From: Amoebidium appalachense
Taxonomy: Eukaryota; Protista; Ichthyosporea
DNA length: 64,000 nt
Assembly: GCA_963693365.1 (NCBI GenBank)
Contig: CAVNZM010000001.1
Span: forward strand, 14,246,418 to 14,310,417
Direction: 5' to 3'
In this document: positions 28,096 through 60,820 of the stretch, in pieces
Numbering within the stretch: the first letter of the stretch is position 1
Layout of the letters: the number at the start of each line of letters is the position of its first letter
Position numbers and translations under genes: made by a program
The notes under the pieces: model-generated
Database searches by the model: none
The model's input: the letters and a program-made list of their open reading frames with translations, nothing else
What the model was told of the DNA's origin: nothing

Positions 28096-29199
28096 GAAAA
28101 ACACGTTGAAAAAGTGCGTGTGTGCGCGTGTGCGTGTGTGTGTGTTTGTCTCACGGTGTGTGTACACAGAGATTAGTGTACATGTGTCAGTTGCAGACAC
28201 TGAAATGGTGCCCACACAACCACAATAAACACACACACACACCACACACACACACACACGCACACACACACGCACACACACACACACACACTTGCACCAA
28301 CGACTGCCCGATCCCAGTTGATATACATACGATGTATACCTGCTAATCATTGCAGGACCAACCAGTGTCCCTGCAAAGAGAACAAAGATCATACAAAACA
28401 AAACCAAATTACCGCTTATGTACAGCTAGAGTCCACTGTATTTATGAAAGTATATCGGAGCTACTAACGTCAAGCATCCTACAGACCCAAAAGGAAAAAG
28501 AAGAGGAGGCCAATACGATGTATTGTTATAAGAAAGCTGGTAGAAATAGGCAAACAGCACTACAAATAAACAACAAATCAAATAAAAAGAAAGCACACAC
28601 TCACACAAGGGGCAGTGCTACCTCTCGATTTCCCAAATTACAGACAAAGTAAAAAACCAACAACAAACGGAACTACAATCTCCGGGAGTAGAGACCCAGG
28701 GCCTCAAAGAATGAACGAAACCGTGTGTACAATTTTCCCTACGATTGCAAGTGGCACACCCATTTAGTTGTGTATATGTGCATATCCGACGCTTGCTTGC
28801 AACCAATTCTGTCATGTCTTTGATCTGCTTTCAGTGCATCCATCAACACAAACGGCTTCTCAAGTCAGAAACAAGACCCCCCCCCCCCCCCCCCCCCCCA
28901 ACAAAAAAAAAAAAAAAAGAAAAAAAAAAAAAGCAACCTCTACACGCACCCGGGCATAGGAAGACAGCGTACACCCGGACACATACACACTAACGCGGCA
29001 AGCATACACATGCACACACAAAATCACTTATTCTGTGCGCACCCAGAGCCGCAGGTTCATGGGCACATCTGGAAGTGCTTGTTAAGTGGCATGGGGTGGG
29101 AATCACGCCATCAAACCGGCACCCTTACACGTCCCCAATATACGATCAACCAGTCACGTGTGTCCGTGATCACGTGACACCCACTTCCATATTAGGCAA

Positions 29200-47655
<18,456 letters not shown>

Positions 47656-49243
47656 GCTTGAAACCTGGCTCTAAGTGTCCCCCAGCTGTTTAAACGAAGC
47701 AGTTGGATGTGGGTGCAAGATCCTCGGTGACAAGGGTGAATGATCAAGTATGAAGTGAAAGCGTTGGTGTACCACTTTTGATCGAAGGTTAAGAGTGCCC
47801 TTGGTGTGTAAACTCGCAAGTGGAAGTTAGCGTTCACGTAACACTTGCTCGTTGGCAAAATCGCCTACGTCTTACCAGAAATAACACCTCAAACACAAAA
47901 GCTCTATATTACACTTAACGTGTAAACATAAAAGCAGTGGAATATCGTGGAGTGTACTGAGTCACCAATAAAAAAAATAAAAAAACGGTGCTCCGTTTTT
48001 CGCGAAAGCACAGCCACACTTACGGTACAAGCAGTGCAAGTGCTTGGTCTTGCTTTTTTTTTTGGACCTCGGGTCAAGCCGCTGCAGATCGAATCCTTGG
48101 ACATCCGAATCCGAATCGAGTCGGCCTTACGAAAGACGCGCCCACCGACCCGGAGGCCCTGTCCCGAGGTTCGAATCGATACGGAAATCTGGCCTGGCCC
48201 GGCCCTGAGCTGTCTAGATCTGGGTTGGCCCAGCGCTGCCTGGCAGGGTCAGCTTGCCCCGGAGTGACAGCCTTGAAAACTTACAGCCAAGTTCTTCAAT
48301 TTCTTGAATCAACAGATGCACTCGACGAGCAGCTGTTTCACGCGTGTTCGCCATGGGATGCCCCGACAACTTTCCCCACCTACCCTGGCACACTCGTGAC
48401 TAGTACAGGAGCTCAATAGTCCTTTATACACAGTCCTCTGAATTCGTGCCCCAGGCCCTGTTGTAGGTCATGGCCCCTCAGCCTTAAGATGGTGTGCGTA
48501 ATATATGCTATTTTCCTTATAGTTACAGTGTGCAACCTTTTCAATTTGGTCTTCCCGCACGTGCACGTCTGATCCTTCCGCAACAATGCAGCCAATTGCA
48601 ACGGCCTGTTACATGCATGGCATGGGATCTGTCGTACAAACTAGCACAAAAGCCAAGAGCGAGAGATTGAACACGGAGCAAACTAAGGAGTCCACATGTA
48701 TAAACAAGCTGGGGCCTGGTTAAAGCAGGAAATTACATAGTGAACAACGCGTAGAAAAGCGACCCTCATACGTGAACATGCATATGCATGACGTCGACCC
48801 GGCGGGGGAACCAGATTTGCTCACTTCAAAAGTACGATGACACCCGTATACCTTTCCACCCTAATGTTTGCAATAGTGGGGTGTCCTCGGCCAGCGTTCA
48901 TTGTAACCACTGTGTGTACAGACGTTCGGAAAGTGCACCAGCATTTTACAAGGTGCACCAAATACATCATCTTGGTATGGCTCCAACTGTGACAGGGGGC
49001 CACATGCGAACCGAACATCATGCTGTGCACGCATATCACGGTTCACCCTGAACCTGAGAGGAATTTTTAGGGCCTTGGCCTGCAATGTCTTCTATAAATT
49101 CCGGCAGCTGTAATATAAGAAATCATCTCTGATGGAAGCACGTGTTCGGAAGCTGACTCCGCCCTTCAAAAATACCGTGCAACCGCCTACCTCTGTGGCC
49201 GCTGTGAAAAGACACCTTCGCATAGCTTTTGAGCACCTTCGTG

Positions 49244-49344
49244 TGATTGGCTAAGAGTCGACAGCAGAGTTGGATGCGATTGGCATGCCGAAATTGCTGT
49301 TGCCGTGTTTTGGAGAGGGCCCTTTGATAGCTGTTGTCACGTCA
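49244..49344. promoter_or_regulatory. Candidate divergent promoter between Miro and the FAM193-like gene: two reverse CCAAT boxes and a CRE-like site
   Basis: tgattggc 49244-49251, gattggc 49278-49284 and tgtcacgtca 49335-49344, in repeat-free DNA between head-to-head genes. Confidence 0.35.
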
Positions 49345-52173
49345 TGTAGATTTCTTCGGCTTTACCAGTTAAAAGAATAGACAAATTTAAAATTCCAATA
49401 GTGAAAGGCAAATGTAGATACTAGCTAAATGTGATACACCTTCTTTTTGGGCTTTATTTTCAACACCTACATTCCCATAACATATCTTGCCTATGCTGAG
49501 TTCTTTGGCTATCTTTGCTTTAGATTTGGCCATACGGCAAACATGCAAAATGATTTTTATACCGTATTATTGGAGCAAGATCATTCCCGACTGGGCGAGA
49601 TTAGCTTTATATGGTGTGTGACACAAACATGGCGTGTTCCTATTTTCCTATTTATAGCCGTCGTTCCTCGTAAGTATAACAGGTAATGAGTGATTGCTGC
49701 CTTTGCGCAAAACCGATTGATCGTCATGAAGCGAAATCCTCTACCTTGTTAATATTTTGTACGACAAGGTGTTTCTGAGGATGCTCCATGAGCGAGGGAT
49801 TCCTAATATTAGACAGACTTGACTGATTCTGGCTGGCCATCACGGTGTGAGCTACGTTTCAGTTTTTCCCTATCGATATCAGACAGAGGTTCTAATATAG
49901 TGGTTGAACACCCCGAGGGGTTGTTAGTTTATAAAGGGAACTGTCACGAAGGTTAGTCTCTTTCTTTTCCTAAAATTTTTTTGACGGATGTGCTAGAGTG
50001 ATGGTGAACGGATGTACGTACGCGTCTCCTTGCTTCCCTCCCGCCTTGGCTTCTAGGCACACACACAGGCTGTTGTACTCTTCACGCCTTTCTCTTCTTT
50101 TCACATGTCCTTTTTAGTGGCTTGTCAGGAGATCCCAGTTGTCGCAGTGGGATGCTTGGTGAAGCTGTCGTAGATAGTGTGAGGAGGATTCTGCAAGTTG
50201 AAGTCTTTGGCCGTGTCGAAATGATGCCCAACCCTTTCATAGGTCACTCGGCAAGCCCGGTTTCCGGTTTGGCTTTCCAGATTTGCGTTTTGTCTGCATT
50301 ATGGCTTCAAGATTTTACTCATTTGCAAACATTCCATCTTTCAAGGGAATTTAGCTTGATTTGTGTGTGTGCTACAATCGTTTTGGACTCTGTTTCGTGC
50401 TTGGGTTTTTTAAGCGAACAACGCCGGGACGCTCTGCCAACACGCTGACCCACAGGTGTGTTTTGCAGACTTTCAAGGAAAGCACGAAGAGGGCGTGCTG
50501 ATGACAGCTTTAAACATGGAGGTAGGTTCATCGAGATTTTTTTTTTTTTTGCCCTTGCTACTTGTTCCTTACTGGGCTGTTTGCTGTTGTGATGTTTGTA
50601 GTGGTTATTGTAGCTAAAGCGTCAAGCAGCCTCGGAGCAAGTGTGGTTGCTTTGATTTTGATTTTCTGAAGGAGCATGTTCTCATGGGCAGCTGAGTGTC
50701 TGTGCACCTGTCAAGCACCTGACATGAAGGGTTTGGGGGCAGCAACGAGCAAAGAGAAAAAGGGACGCGTCAGGTCCTGGGGACGAACTGCAGTCTGAGT
50801 ATACAACAGACTTTTGCAGGTACGATAGTGTGATGAATACATAATATACTGAGAGTGGCCATGATCCTTCAAACTTATATCGTCGTGTAAGTGCTTGTTC
50901 TTGCGCAAGAGGGGTCAGAAGCATGTGGTTGACGTCTTTGCGCTGTTTGGCAACAAGGGCTGTAATCTGATGTCTGGGTGTATGGTTTTGGACGTATGCT
51001 GTGTGAATTTCAGATTTGCTTTTTGTTGCTCACACGTGCTTCTATACATAGGACGCCCTCTACGACTACCACAGCCTCTGCGAACGTGTCCGGGGCCTGC
51101 ACCGGTGTGGATGTCACAGTCCCAAAGCCTGGTGCTACGGTATGTACCTTGGTGTTGAGTTCTGACTCGTGAATTTTTGTCTGCTCTGCTACTTGTGTAG
51201 GTGATGTTGCTTGTAGCATTTTTGTTGTGGGGTGTTGTATATTAAGGGTGTGTGGACCTTTCTCTTGTGACTGTATGTGGCTGGTACGTGTTCATTTAGG
51301 GAGTGGGTGTGTGCCTGTTGCTGTGGATGGTTGGGTGATGTGAGTGCGGAAGGTTGGCTGAGTATGTTTATTTGTGCTTTATTTATGTATTTATTATATA
51401 TCAGGGGGGTTCTTTTTGTTTTAGGGGGGGAAGGGGAGGGGGAAGGCAGTTTGGTCGTGGAGGTTCATGCATCGGTGTGTGTGTGTGCGTGCGTGCGTGT
51501 GTGTGTGTGCATGCGCACTTGCTTGTGCACACCAGCAAGTTATGCGGTGTGTATGCCTATGGGCATGCCTGTGTGTGTGTTTGTCTTACCTACAAACATA
51601 AACATGTGGTGGTGTGCCAAAGCGTCGGTCTGTTGAGTTTTCCTTGGTGTTTGTATCTGTGCTAGTAAAGATGTAACATGGGTTGGTGATTGAGCATGCC
51701 CCTAGTATAGAGTATCAAGGGAAGTGCTTTCGGCATGGGTCCTTGTGCGCATGTTTGCAGGTTGGCAATGGTGTGGTGTACGCACCGTCCGAGTGGGGCC
51801 ACACATACATACAAACATGATGCATGTTTCGGGGTTGTATCTGCTTGCAATGTGGGTGTACTTGGGTTTGCTTGGTATATGCCCGTGTATAGGAGGAATG
51901 CAGCATATTCACTCACGACATAGCAGACATCAGCGGCAAGGGACTGTGTCTCTTATCATGCATTTCACGTGCCTGTTGCCTATTGACGTGTGTGTGTGTG
52001 TATTTGGGGGGGGGGGGGGGGGAGGTCTCAAACACGTGTCGCTGCACATTCACACATACGGAGACGGGGGGTGTTCACTATGCACACACTTGACTGCACA
52101 TGCACACAGAGAGAAACACGTTCACATGCACATGCACATGCACACACGCGCGGGCACCTACACACACGCATAT

Positions 52174-52234
<61 letters not shown>

Positions 52235-52825
52235 GACATGCATAAACGCATACACTCACACACATGTACATGCACACGCATGCCCTGAAGGCCACGTAGG
52301 TGTCAGAGGGGGGTTGGGGCTGTCGCTGTGTCCTTTTTTTTTTTCAAAGTGTTGTTGCAAGTTGTCGTTGCAAAAAGGAAAGCAGTGGTGCATGGCGCCA
52401 TTCAAAATATAAGGCAAGGCCTCACACTGGTGGCTGTCATGTAAGCACAGTCATTTTGTTGGTGTCCATGTGCATGCTGCAACATATATTAGAAGAACAG
52501 ATACAAAGTAAAGGTTGTCAAATACATGCTAAGTAAAAAGGTTACCGATGGTGAGCGCATTCATGGCATTTGTTTGGTGCACACAGTGCATTCCAAGCCA
52601 AATGTTTTCAGTGACTGTGCGCCTGTACGTGCAAGTGTTGCCTCCTTTTACCGTCTTTCTGCCCAAACACCCAATTTACCCGGTGTCTCGGAGCCTCTCC
52701 CCCCCCCCCCCCCCCCCTAAAACACCGCTGCATTGCAGGCTACTGATGTGTGCAAGCACATGTGTGTATGCCTGTTTGTATGTTCCGTTTTTCTGTGTGT
52801 GTTTTGGTGCATGTATGTGCATGTA

Positions 52826-52869
<44 letters not shown>

Positions 52870-53344
52870 CTGTATGCATTCTCTTTTTTGTGTGTGGGTC
52901 GGTGCGTGCACGGGTGTGTGTTGTGTGCATGCTCGGCAACTTGCATTCCTTGCTGTATTTTCCTCTTTGCATGCACGTGTGCATTGGTGTGTGTATGTGT
53001 ATGTATTGGTGTGTGTGTGTGTGTGTGTGTTTGTGTGGGTGTGGGCGTGTGCGTGGGTGTGTATGCGTGCCGTGCCCGTGTGTTGGCGTCCATGTGTGTA
53101 CGTCCGTGTGTGAGCGTCTGTGTGCTTGTTTGCATCATCATTTTTGCCGAGTGCCTGCACGTCCACAAGCTTGTATTGTGTGCATGCTTGGCAACGTGCA
53201 TTGTTTCCTTAAAAATTGCTTGCAAAATGTTTATTTGTGCTGGTTGACCTTGTGTTCCTTGTTCTTAACCTTGTCTACATCCGACCGCTTTCATTACACC
53301 CTTGGGATGTCTTTGCACACTGCTTACTTTTTGTTCTTGTGCAG

Positions 53345-55979
53345 GTGTCCAGTCCTGCCCCATCTCACGGCCCAAACAACGGGTGGGGCCAGTTGCCTTC
53401 CGGCCAAACACAAACGGAGACACCTGCAGTACTTACAGCTACCGAGGGCGGAAATGCCACGGGCGCACACAGCAACATGTGCACTCGGTGCAGGCAACCA
53501 ATCACTCCCAACGGTTTTATGCCCACGCACACAAGCAATGCAAGCAGTACCGTTGGCGACGGCGGTGCACGTGGTAGTGGCGCCGAGGACAAGGGGGAGA
53601 ATGCGAGTGAGACTACTCCGGTTGCGCGATCGCCAGCGGATAGGCCAAGGTTGCTCTGTTTGAAGTGCACAGTGGATTTGAGGACCAGTAATGCACGTGC
53701 AAGCCCGTCGCCTGGAAGCGGGGGAGGCGTGGGTGTGGGCATGCGTGCAGGCGGGCTGGGAGACAGACAGGTGAACCCGTTCAATTTTGAGCCCCCGCCA
53801 TTCACAACCCCACCCCGCACAACTGGGAAAAACAGCAGCGCGAGCACTCCTGGTGGGAGCGTTTTTCCTACGCCGGTCCAGCTTCCAGTGTTCCAACCGC
53901 AGTCTCCACCCCGTGCGGACGTTTTTGCACCCCCAGTTGTTTTTGGTGCAGGTTCATTCCCCACCGGTACAGGGGTGTCGAGTACTGCGAGCACGCCTGC
54001 GCGTGCAGGGATATTCTCCCCAGCCCCGTCACCCGTCCACATGTTTCATTCGGCGGCAAACACGCCCGCGCGTGCGCCGTGTGCATGTGACAAGTGCATG
54101 TCGGGTACGGGTACACCCGGCCAAAATGCCCCACCTGTGCACCCGCACCCGCAGACGTTTTCGTCGCCGAGCAGCCTGGGCGGAGCTATGCGAGGCATCA
54201 GTTTCGCCCCTACGCCTCCCCCTACCACGCCGGTCCCCGGGCGGCCGGTGATTGGATTGGGTGTGTGGGAGACGCCTCGTCAGCAGGAGTGTTGGCAAAC
54301 GGTCAAGACGTACATTGCAAACATGCACCAGAGGCCGGAATCGCTTCTGAACGAGAACGGGCAAGCGGGGGCGGAAGACGGGAAAAACGGCGGCGGTGTC
54401 GGTGCGGCGTCGGGCGATGGGAGGGTGGATATTCCGCAGGAGAAGGCCTTGCACGCTTTGCAGGAGTTGCAGGGTGCCGACCCTGAACGGCTCACGGCGT
54501 ATATGCTGGGTGAGATCCGCGGGTTGATGGAGGGGGAGAGGGTGCGCCTTTCTGGTTTGATCCTTTTGAGCCCACCTGCAAACACTGGTTCGTCGCAAAC
54601 AACCGCAAATGCAAACACCCCTGCCACGACGGAGGCACAGGCGGGTACACCGATGACGTCAACACCCAAGAACGGTTTTAACGGGTTTAGTGGGTTTAAC
54701 CCCACCCCGGGTCCTACGTCCGTGCCGACGTCGTGGGCGCCCAGTTTCCGCTCTCTGGCCAAGTTTTTCGGCAGCCTGCTGAATTTCTTCACACTGGCAA
54801 AGGCCGCCGCGACACACTCGGCGTTGGCGGCGCCCCTGGACAAGCTCTTCCTCGAAAGGTTTAGCCTTACGTGGGCGGACATGACGCAGTGCGTGTTTTA
54901 CGAGTTTGTCTTTATGGACCAGCTAGTCCAGCGCAACCTCCCGCTTTTTGTCCAGCAGCTGCACGAGAGCTCTGCAAAGGTTAAGGAGAAAGAGAATAAG
55001 GAGCGGAGGGTCGCGGAGGCCGCGGCGTCGGCGGCGGCGGCAGGTGGTGGGGCCGGAAAGGACGGGAAGGATGGGAAAGAAGGGAGGGATGGGAAGGATA
55101 AGGAGCTCGAGTCGATGATCGTGTCTACCACACTCAACAGGGTGCTGGCTGAGCATATGCGGTTTGAGAGGGAGATGGGGGATGCGTTTACAACGTGGAC
55201 AAAGGTGTGTTTTTCGGAAATTCCCCCCTTCCCCCCTGGTTTGCACTCTGCAGCATGTTTTCCATTAGGAATGTGTACCTCATGCTCGATATCTATAACA
55301 CACTCTATCCCCCCCCCCCCCCCCCCCCCTTCCCGGGGTGACTTGATCCCCCCTTGAGGGTGGGTTCTGCTTGTGTTGCATACTACAAGTTACTGACGGT
55401 GCATACTTCCATGTTTGCTTTTGCATGTTTCCTTCATCGTGTCCCTCATCGTGTAGTTGTACTGCATACCGTGGTCTGCATTTTAACCCCCCCCCCCCCC
55501 CCCCCCTCCCCCCTCCCCCTCCCCCCCCCCAACAAACAACCAAACAAACGGAAAAAAGAAAAAAGAAAAGAGAAAGAAAGAGAGAAAACAAATGAAACTG
55601 CGACCTGCTGAGAATGGGTTCTTTTGTATGCGTTTTCGTGGGATTTTCTTGGCTGTGTGTGGATGTGGTGGTGGGGTGGGGGGGGGGGGGGGGGGGGGGG
55701 GAGGGGGGAAGGGGGATGGCAACATCTGCTTTGGGTGGTCCGGCGTGAATGTGTGCTTCGTGCTTTCTAACACGTCCCCCCCCCCCCCCCCCTCCCCCTC
55801 CCTCCCTCCCTCCCCCCTCCTTCCCCGGGGGCCCACTTGATGGGCCCTGCTGAAGTCTGACCTGCCTGCACTGTTGCGTGCTGGTGTCTCTGGGCTAGGT
55901 TATGGTTTTGTCGTGTTTGTAGTCTGCTCTGCTGTTTTTTCCTCCACCTGCTCATGCAACCTCCCTCTTCTCCCCCCCC

Positions 55980-56014
<35 letters not shown>

Positions 56015-56353
56015 CATGATGCATACTCTGTGTGTGCTTTGTAAATGCGCACTTTGTGCTACTACTGACATTTTCTAAGCCCCCTCTCCTCCCCCTTGGG
56101 TCTCCAATATACACGTTCACACTCATGCGCACGTACGTGGATGTCCTTTTTCTTCGTGCGCTCATGCAAGTGTCCACACTTACTGGTCCACCTGCACCAC
56201 CAGCATGCGCACACACGTACACGCCTACTCCGGGTAACCTTAATCTGTACCCCGTCAGCTCGTGTGGGCACGTGTAGACTGAGTGCTATTTGTCCTTGAC
56301 GGATGCTACGTCCTTTTATGGGTGCATGTGCTGGCGTGCATGCATGCGCGCAC

Positions 56354-56384
<31 letters not shown>

Positions 56385-56463
56385 GCCTCGCGTATCCACT
56401 CGGATGAACACACACATTATGGCACATGGACAGACACACACAACTGAGGCACACACAACTGAG

Positions 56464-56513
<50 letters not shown>

Positions 56514-56771
56514 GAGCAAATCTTTGTGTTTGTTTTTACGAAGAAGCATTTAAGCATGCACACGTTCATGTACACACACACATTCATTACATGCATACTC
56601 TCTGCACAAAGAACATGCCGAAAATGAGTTGGAGAGGCATATACATGTGCACGTCCACCCACATTCGCTCTTGCTAAATATTTGTGCAAACCATGTGCCT
56701 CTATTTCCGCAATTTTCAATTTACAACCATCGAGAAATGCATGCAGCAACATCTAAACATCATATTACCGT

Positions 56772-56825
<54 letters not shown>

Positions 56826-56873
56826 AAAAAAAAGAAAGAAGAAAGATAGATAGAGAGAGAGAAAAGAAACTAT

Positions 56874-56925
<52 letters not shown>

Positions 56926-59900
56926 AGACGAAAAGTAAAAGGGAAGGGTATAGGGTGTATCAGCTTCTTCTCCCCCTACCCCCCGCTCACGGAAGGGCTG
57001 ATTGGATGGGCGCTTATGTATGCCTGCAGTGGCCAACGCACACAGTAACACTTCTACTTTTCCACATACAGGTGCGGTACCTTGTTGAGCGCTACAACCC
57101 CGAAGCAGCCAACAACCCCACCCGCCGAGTCTCCTTAAGGGTGCCGGGCTCTGCCACGACTATGGAGACTGCCCCAGCCCCTGCGCGCACATTCTCCCCC
57201 GTGCCACCACCCCTCCACCCCACCCATACCATCCCTCGCGGCTACGGGCACCCGCCTCTTTCCCATGGGCACCACCGTGCAGCCACGGCTCCTCCCCACA
57301 CGCACAACGGTGTGACTTCAACCCACGCTGGTCACCTCCCACGTGCACACAACGCGTCAGCCGGAGCCAACAACAACAAGCCCAACCTGGCTGTGAACCT
57401 GTTTGGAACGACTGCCGCGGACGCCTCACCCACGCTGAAACGTCATGACGCGCCGTCCGGCTCACCCACGGAACCGTCCGATCCACTTCCTGCACTAGCG
57501 GCTGACCACCAGGGGTACTGGAGGGAAGCAGCCGGGTCCCCTGTTTCCGCGCCCACCACTCGTAGCGGCAGCCCAATGGTCCCTATGCCTGTAATGGAGG
57601 ATGAGGGTGCCTTACGTAAGGGTGACCGTTACACCCATCCCACCCAGGGCACCGGCGGGTCCGTTACCCCCGGCGGCCAACCGGTAGTTGGTGGCGGGAG
57701 CTCAAACTTCACCAGCCGGCCGTACGCGACAGCAAACACCAGCATGCGTCAGCGTTGCCGCTCCCTTCTGTCCGGCACCCCTTCTCAGAGCACCCCAGCA
57801 ACACCGGCCACCCCGGCCACCCCAGCCACACCCGGAGTGAGCTCCCAGGCGACAGATGTGCCTGCCCCAGCCAAGACGGGGTTAAGTGGTTCATCTGCAG
57901 GTGGGCCGGTCCCTGCCGCAGGTTCAGAGCCCTCCTCCGGCGGGTCCATGCCCCCTGTAGCCCCTGCATCAGCCAAGGGTGTAACACGCACAGGGAACAC
58001 GGGCACTGGACCATCGACGCCTCAGCGCACGGCCACACCAACGGGAACGTCGTATCCGCTGCCCCCCGGGGACGATTGGGCCTATGGGCACGCCCGAACC
58101 TCGCTGCCGTTGCCCCCAGTGTCTGGGCACGTCCCCCCTGCCGAATTTCGCAAAGACCCCCCGCCGACACCCAGGCGCCGGCCATCCCATGCCCCTACCC
58201 ACTAGTTCCCCCTTCTCTTCCTGCGCGCACGGACGTGCCTGCAATACCCAAGAACAACAAGAGTGGGCGTGTCAACAACAAAAAGCTCAAGGGCGCAAAG
58301 AAGAAGCAAGCAGCAGCGGCGGCAGCAGCTGCAGCAGCCACGGCCACGATGCCTCCGTTTCCGCCGGCCGGGGCCCCGACAGGGCTTTCTGCCTCTCCAA
58401 GCAGCAGCAGTTACACCTCGCGCACCGCCGGCCCAGGCTCAGGCACCCAGCTCCCTCCACCCCCACCCACCACACAGTCGTCCATGCCCCCGACACCTTT
58501 CCCGGCACCGTTTCCACCCGTGGGCCCGGTGGACTTCCGCGGCATGCCGGACTATGGGGATGGCTCGGTTGGCCTCGCCACGGCCGTCGACTGCACCGAC
58601 CCCAACTGCCCCACGTGCCTGCCCCACACCACCCGTTATACCCCGGTGCCTCAGGCAACATACCCGCCTCTGCCCCTGAATACCCTTCCCTCATTTGGCC
58701 CGACCGACCCCATCCCTTCTCTCTACACGGGGCTTCCTGACTCTCACCAGCAGCTTCCACCAGCCGGTTGGGATGGAATGTCCGGCGCGCCTCCGGGGAA
58801 TCCGTGCATGTGCGAAATGTGCCAGGGTGCAATGTCAGCACTGGTGGCTCCAAACTGCGGCCACGAAAACTGCGACATTTGCCGCAACACTTACGCAAAC
58901 GTCCCGCCCCTCCCACCTCCAGGCCAGTTCGGCAACAACGGGGTTCCCATGGGTGGGTTCGGGCTGCCTGCGGGCCCGTACGACTACACGGGGCTGAACG
59001 GGGAGCAGTACTATGATAGCGGCGAGGGTAGCGGTGGGGATGGGTATGACACGGAGGAAATTGAGAGCGACGGGGAGGGGGAGGACTATGACGGGTGTCT
59101 GGACACGGCCGGGGACGGGTCTACCTGCAACAGCCGCGAGTGCCCCCACTGCCACAGCAACGCAAACTACAACAACGGAAATGGGGGGCCAGCGCCACGC
59201 AACAACCACGACTTTGCAACCGCGCAGAAGAAACTTCGGCAGAAGCTGCAGCAGGAGAAGTTGCGCAAGGAGAAGGAGCAGGCGGAGGAGGAGAAACGCC
59301 GCCAGGAGGCGCTTTTGGCCCAGGCAGACATGCCGGAGGTAGACGACCTGCTGTCGTTTATCGAGGGTCAGGCGTCAAAACCGAGGCGCGGTTCCGACGC
59401 TGCGGCGGCGGCTGCCGGCGGTGTTTCTGCGGCGGCGGCGGGGAGCAAGAAGAAGAAGAGACAGCGCAAGAAGGAGCTTCAGAAGATGCAGCAAGGGGGT
59501 AATGGTGATGGCAGCGACAGCGACGAGCAGCAGGCCGCGGTGGTGGATTCGGTGCCTGGGCCTGCCCCGTTCCCCAGCGCCAAGGGTAAAGGGAAGAAGG
59601 GTCAGGCGACGGTGGCGCCTACCAACGTCGACGTGCCGGCTCAGACCAAGGGTGGCAATGGGGCGACGCCAGAGCCGGCGGTTTCTGAGGTTAAGGTAGC
59701 TGCTGCCGCTGCCGTGGTTAAGGAGGCGGCGCCTGTCGTCGCGCTGGTTAACGGAGCGGGCAAGACCGGGGCTAAGGGCAAGAAGGGCAAATTCAAGGAG
59801 CAACCTGCCCCACCCCCTGCGCCTGCCCCTGCCCCAGCCTCTGGAAACACCCCCGCTGCTGTTGTGCCCTCCCAGCCTGACGCTAAGCGGGTTACGCAAA

Positions 59901-60820
59901 AGGATGCACCTCCCCAGCCGGCCGGTCCCAACAAGCACGAAGCAACAGCACCCAAGACCCAAGGCAAGGGAGCCACACCCTCGGCAGCAAAGCAGGGCTC
60001 TGCAGCGGTCAAACCCGCACCTACGCAAGGTGGTGGGGCTAAGTCTGTGGGGGATAGCCGGCCGGCAGCAAGCACAGTGGCCTCCACACCCGCCCCTCGG
60101 AAACAGCCCACCGGCGACGCCGACAAGCCCACCTCGGCACCCGCACCTACCCCGTTAGACAACAACAAGCAGCAGGGCAAGGCCGGAGCAAACACCAAGA
60201 ACTCAAGTCAGCAACAGAAACCACCCACCGCCACCGTCGAGAAATTACTGCAGCAGCAAGATTTCGCTCTGCAACCCGCCAAAATGGCCCAAGCAACGAA
60301 GAATTCCACGACTTCCAAGTCAAAGACCGCGCCCACGCCTTCGTCCTCTGCAAGCCAGCCCACAAATGCAGCAAAGGCACCGATTTTGCCCAACCCCGCG
60401 ACCGCCACTGCCGCCACCGTAGACAGCAACAAAAACGGTCCTACCAACACGCGCACGGCAGCCAAGTCGAACGGCATTTTGGTGACCAAATCAGAGCCAA
60501 AGGCCGCTACGGATGGCGCCAAATCTGCGGCGACTGCGGCTCCCTCCTCGGGCCACGTTACGATTCAGGAATCTCCGCAGCAAGGAAAGGCGGAGAAGGA
60601 AAAGGGGACCGACGATAGAAAGCCCCCGAAGCGTCTGACCAGCGTCGAGGACATTTTCAGGCCGCGGGAGATGGATGAAGCGAGCGATGCGGATTACGAT
60701 CACGAGGTGGAGGAATTTAAGCGGTTCTGTAACACTTCGGCTATTCCTGGGGAGAGGAAGAAGATTATGGTCAACCTTAACCTGCATGCGTTTAAGCCGA
60801 AGACAAAGGCGCGCTCGTGA
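53345..60820 (+). CDS. FAM193-like protein; exons 53345-55204 and 57072-60820 with a frame change at ~58119-58205; 5' end uncertain (first in-frame ATG in this exon at 53477)
   Basis: C-terminus [37 protein letters not shown] recalls the FAM193 C-terminal domain (DVFLPKD...EREVEYFKRFC). KKLRQKLQ...[11 protein letters not shown] recalls the FAM193 central motif. N-terminal CTRC/CLKC pairs and a helical block [14 protein letters not shown]. Phase-0 join WTK-VRYL with GT-AG. Confidence 0.75.
55340..55486 (-). mobile_element. Diverged inverted copy of the subfamily A element in the FAM193-like intron; inverted B copies at ~55720-55775 and ~56015-56079
   Basis: Reverse complement reads (G)n-ttaaaatgcagaccacggtatgcagtacaactacacgatgagggacacg...aagcagaacccaccctcaa..gatcaagtc. 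Confidence 0.6.

Noticed and set aside
48120-48185. tRNA-like GGTTCGAATC motif
   Set aside because: No acceptor stem, D arm or anticodon arm could be folded around it.
57755-58118. 5' part of the 1021-aa ORF as an independent or overlapping gene
   Set aside because: It starts at a non-ATG codon and reads as an off-frame shadow of the preceding exon; the conserved motifs lie after ~58175.
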